Below are positions 31,317-32,000 of a stretch of 32,000 nucleotides of DNA, in pieces; the first letter of the stretch is position 1, and each line of letters starts with the position of its first letter. The stretch is from Candidatus Lokiarchaeum ossiferum (GTDB lineage: Archaea; Asgardarchaeota; Lokiarchaeia; Sigyniarchaeales; Promethearchaeaceae), in assembly GCA_025839675.1 (NCBI GenBank), contig CP104013.1, positions 4,920,001 through 4,952,000 on the forward strand, written 5' to 3'. The position numbers and the translations under genes were made by a program. The notes beneath the pieces are model-generated. The model saw only the letters and a program-made list of their open reading frames with translations. It was not told the origin of the DNA and did not search any database.

Positions 31317-31712
31317 ATGCGAAGAAAAGGATTAACAATATTTTGGCCACAATATTTCGATAAATCGCGTACAGTTAATATGGGTCGCAAAATTTCACTC
31401 GAAAGTGCAACAGAAAAACCAATACTTAAAGATTTAGCTACTGCGGCTCAAAAATTAAAATTTAAATATGAAATTGATCCTCGAAGTAAATATCCCCGCT
31501 CAACTTGGGATGAACCGGGATTATTACTCGTAGACACATTAGGCCAAAAAAAAAATGATGTATTAAAGAAAATGGCTCCTGAAATCCAAAAAGCTCGCAC
31601 TAATCGGTTGAAACAGTTGAAAGAAAGTAAAGTCAAAAAGAAACATAAGAAAAAAGCCCAACAAGCAGACATTCTCCGGCAAAAAATTGCGCAACAACGC
31701 AAGAAGAAATAA
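31317..31712 (+). CDS. srp19: Signal recognition particle protein SRP19 with long Lys-rich C-terminal tail
   Basis: 131 aa. The SRP19 core is TIFWPQYFDKSRTVNMGRKISLESA...YPRSTWDEPGLLLVD. The C-terminal about 45 aa are K/R/Q-rich and end in QQRKKK. Confidence 0.85.
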   Translation: MRRKGLTIFWPQYFDKSRTVNMGRKISLESATEKPILKDLATAAQKLKFKYEIDPRSKYPRSTWDEPGLLLVDTLGQKKNDVLKKMAPEIQKARTNRLKQLKESKVKKKHKKKAQQADILRQKIAQQRKKK

Positions 31713-31833
31713 AATCCAAAACATCTTTTTCTTTATTCTATTTTCCAGTTAATTAAAATAGTGTATGTAATTTGAATTTCAAATAAATATATTGAGAATA
31801 GAGTTAAAAAAGATGAATTTATTGTGTATTTAA

Positions 31834-32000
31834 TTATTCTAATAAAACACCATTAATATGTCCATGTTGCCCCGGTCGACTGGTAATTCTAACCTTACCA
31901 AGCTCGGTTTCAACAATTGCGCCTTTGGTTAAAATACTTCGACGCTGATAATCCACAGAAGCTTTATTCTCCTCAAGTCCTTTAATTGATACTTTTTGGG
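31834..32000 (-). CDS. rps8e: 30S ribosomal protein eS8 (C-terminal part; 5' end beyond right window edge)
   Basis: This gene is not in the ORF track because it is edge-truncated. My manual minus-strand translation reads ...DYQRRSILTKGAIVETELGKVRITSRPGQHGHINGVLLE-stop, with the stop at 31834-31836. The ITSRPGQ-G-x-N-x-VLL ending is typical of archaeal S8e. Confidence 0.8.
   Translation of the reverse strand, partial: QKVSIKGLEENKASVDYQRRSILTKGAIVETELGKVRITSRPGQHGHINGVLLE

Noticed and set aside
2170-31702. Many nested or antisense ORFs of 60-160 aa in the track. They are 2170-2379, 2776-3246, 3579-3836, 4297-4521, 6180-6377, 8306-8500, 8671-9037, 10574-10900, 11751-12024, 12360-12581, 13148-13351, 13482-13865, 13997-14206, 15127-15330, 15675-16028, 18374-18595, 19876-20226, 21026-21283, 22542-22751, 26231-26687, 27037-27490 and 31448-31702.
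   Set aside because: - Each lies within or antisense to a gene with strong family motifs.
- Their translations are low-complexity or compositionally odd.
- Long antisense ORFs opposite real genes commonly arise by chance.
1-32000. tRNA, rRNA, C/D-box sRNA, IS element, integrase and toxin-antitoxin candidates, scanned for in the intergenic regions.
   Set aside because: - No GC-rich cloverleaf-like segments, terminal inverted repeats or transposase/integrase motifs were seen.
- GTGATGA at about 2792 is better explained as an SD-like element before rpl11, and it has no matching D box downstream.
- A proper tRNAscan or Infernal run would be needed for certainty.

Overview
This is a visibly AT-rich archaeal chromosomal segment. 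The archaeal assignment rests on the stalk operon uL11-uL1-uL10(P0)-P1 with [12 protein letters not shown] tails, plus uS2, eS8 and SRP19. Lysine-rich or acidic extensions on housekeeping proteins and a NUDT5-like Nudix would fit an Asgard/Loki-like lineage, but one window cannot settle that.

I support about 34 protein-coding genes. By eye I found no rRNA, tRNA, CRISPR array, transposase or integrase.

Content from left to right:
1. An N6-adenine DNA methyltransferase that runs off the left edge and is missing from the ORF track.
2. A histidine phosphatase and the ribosomal stalk operon.
3. A 353-aa bactofilin-like beta-helix repeat protein, a membrane-tethered double-wHTH regulator, an orphan ABC-permease fragment, and a Pol-beta-type nucleotidyltransferase.
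4. folE.
5. A divergent phosphonate locus (about 9.8-16.8 kb). It holds a cytidylyltransferase-PEP mutase fusion, phosphonopyruvate decarboxylase, an Fe-alcohol dehydrogenase, two LicC-like nucleotidyltransferases and a GlpT/UhpT-type MFS transporter. This is a Fom1/Fom2/FomC-like front end predicted to make (CMP-)2-hydroxyethylphosphonate. The window contains no aminotransferase, MpnS/HEPD/HppE or Fom3.
6. A Nudix plus alpha/beta-hydrolase pair, then a tetrahydromethanopterin/methanofuran cofactor island (about 18.3-25.3 kb) with several members of unknown function.
7. An LMW-PTP, uS2, a small membrane protein, a solo CdhE corrinoid Fe-S subunit, a GH127/DUF1680 protein, SRP19, and an edge-truncated eS8.

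The phosphonate locus is the best candidate for an undescribed system. All functional calls come from motif recognition by eye, not from database searches.
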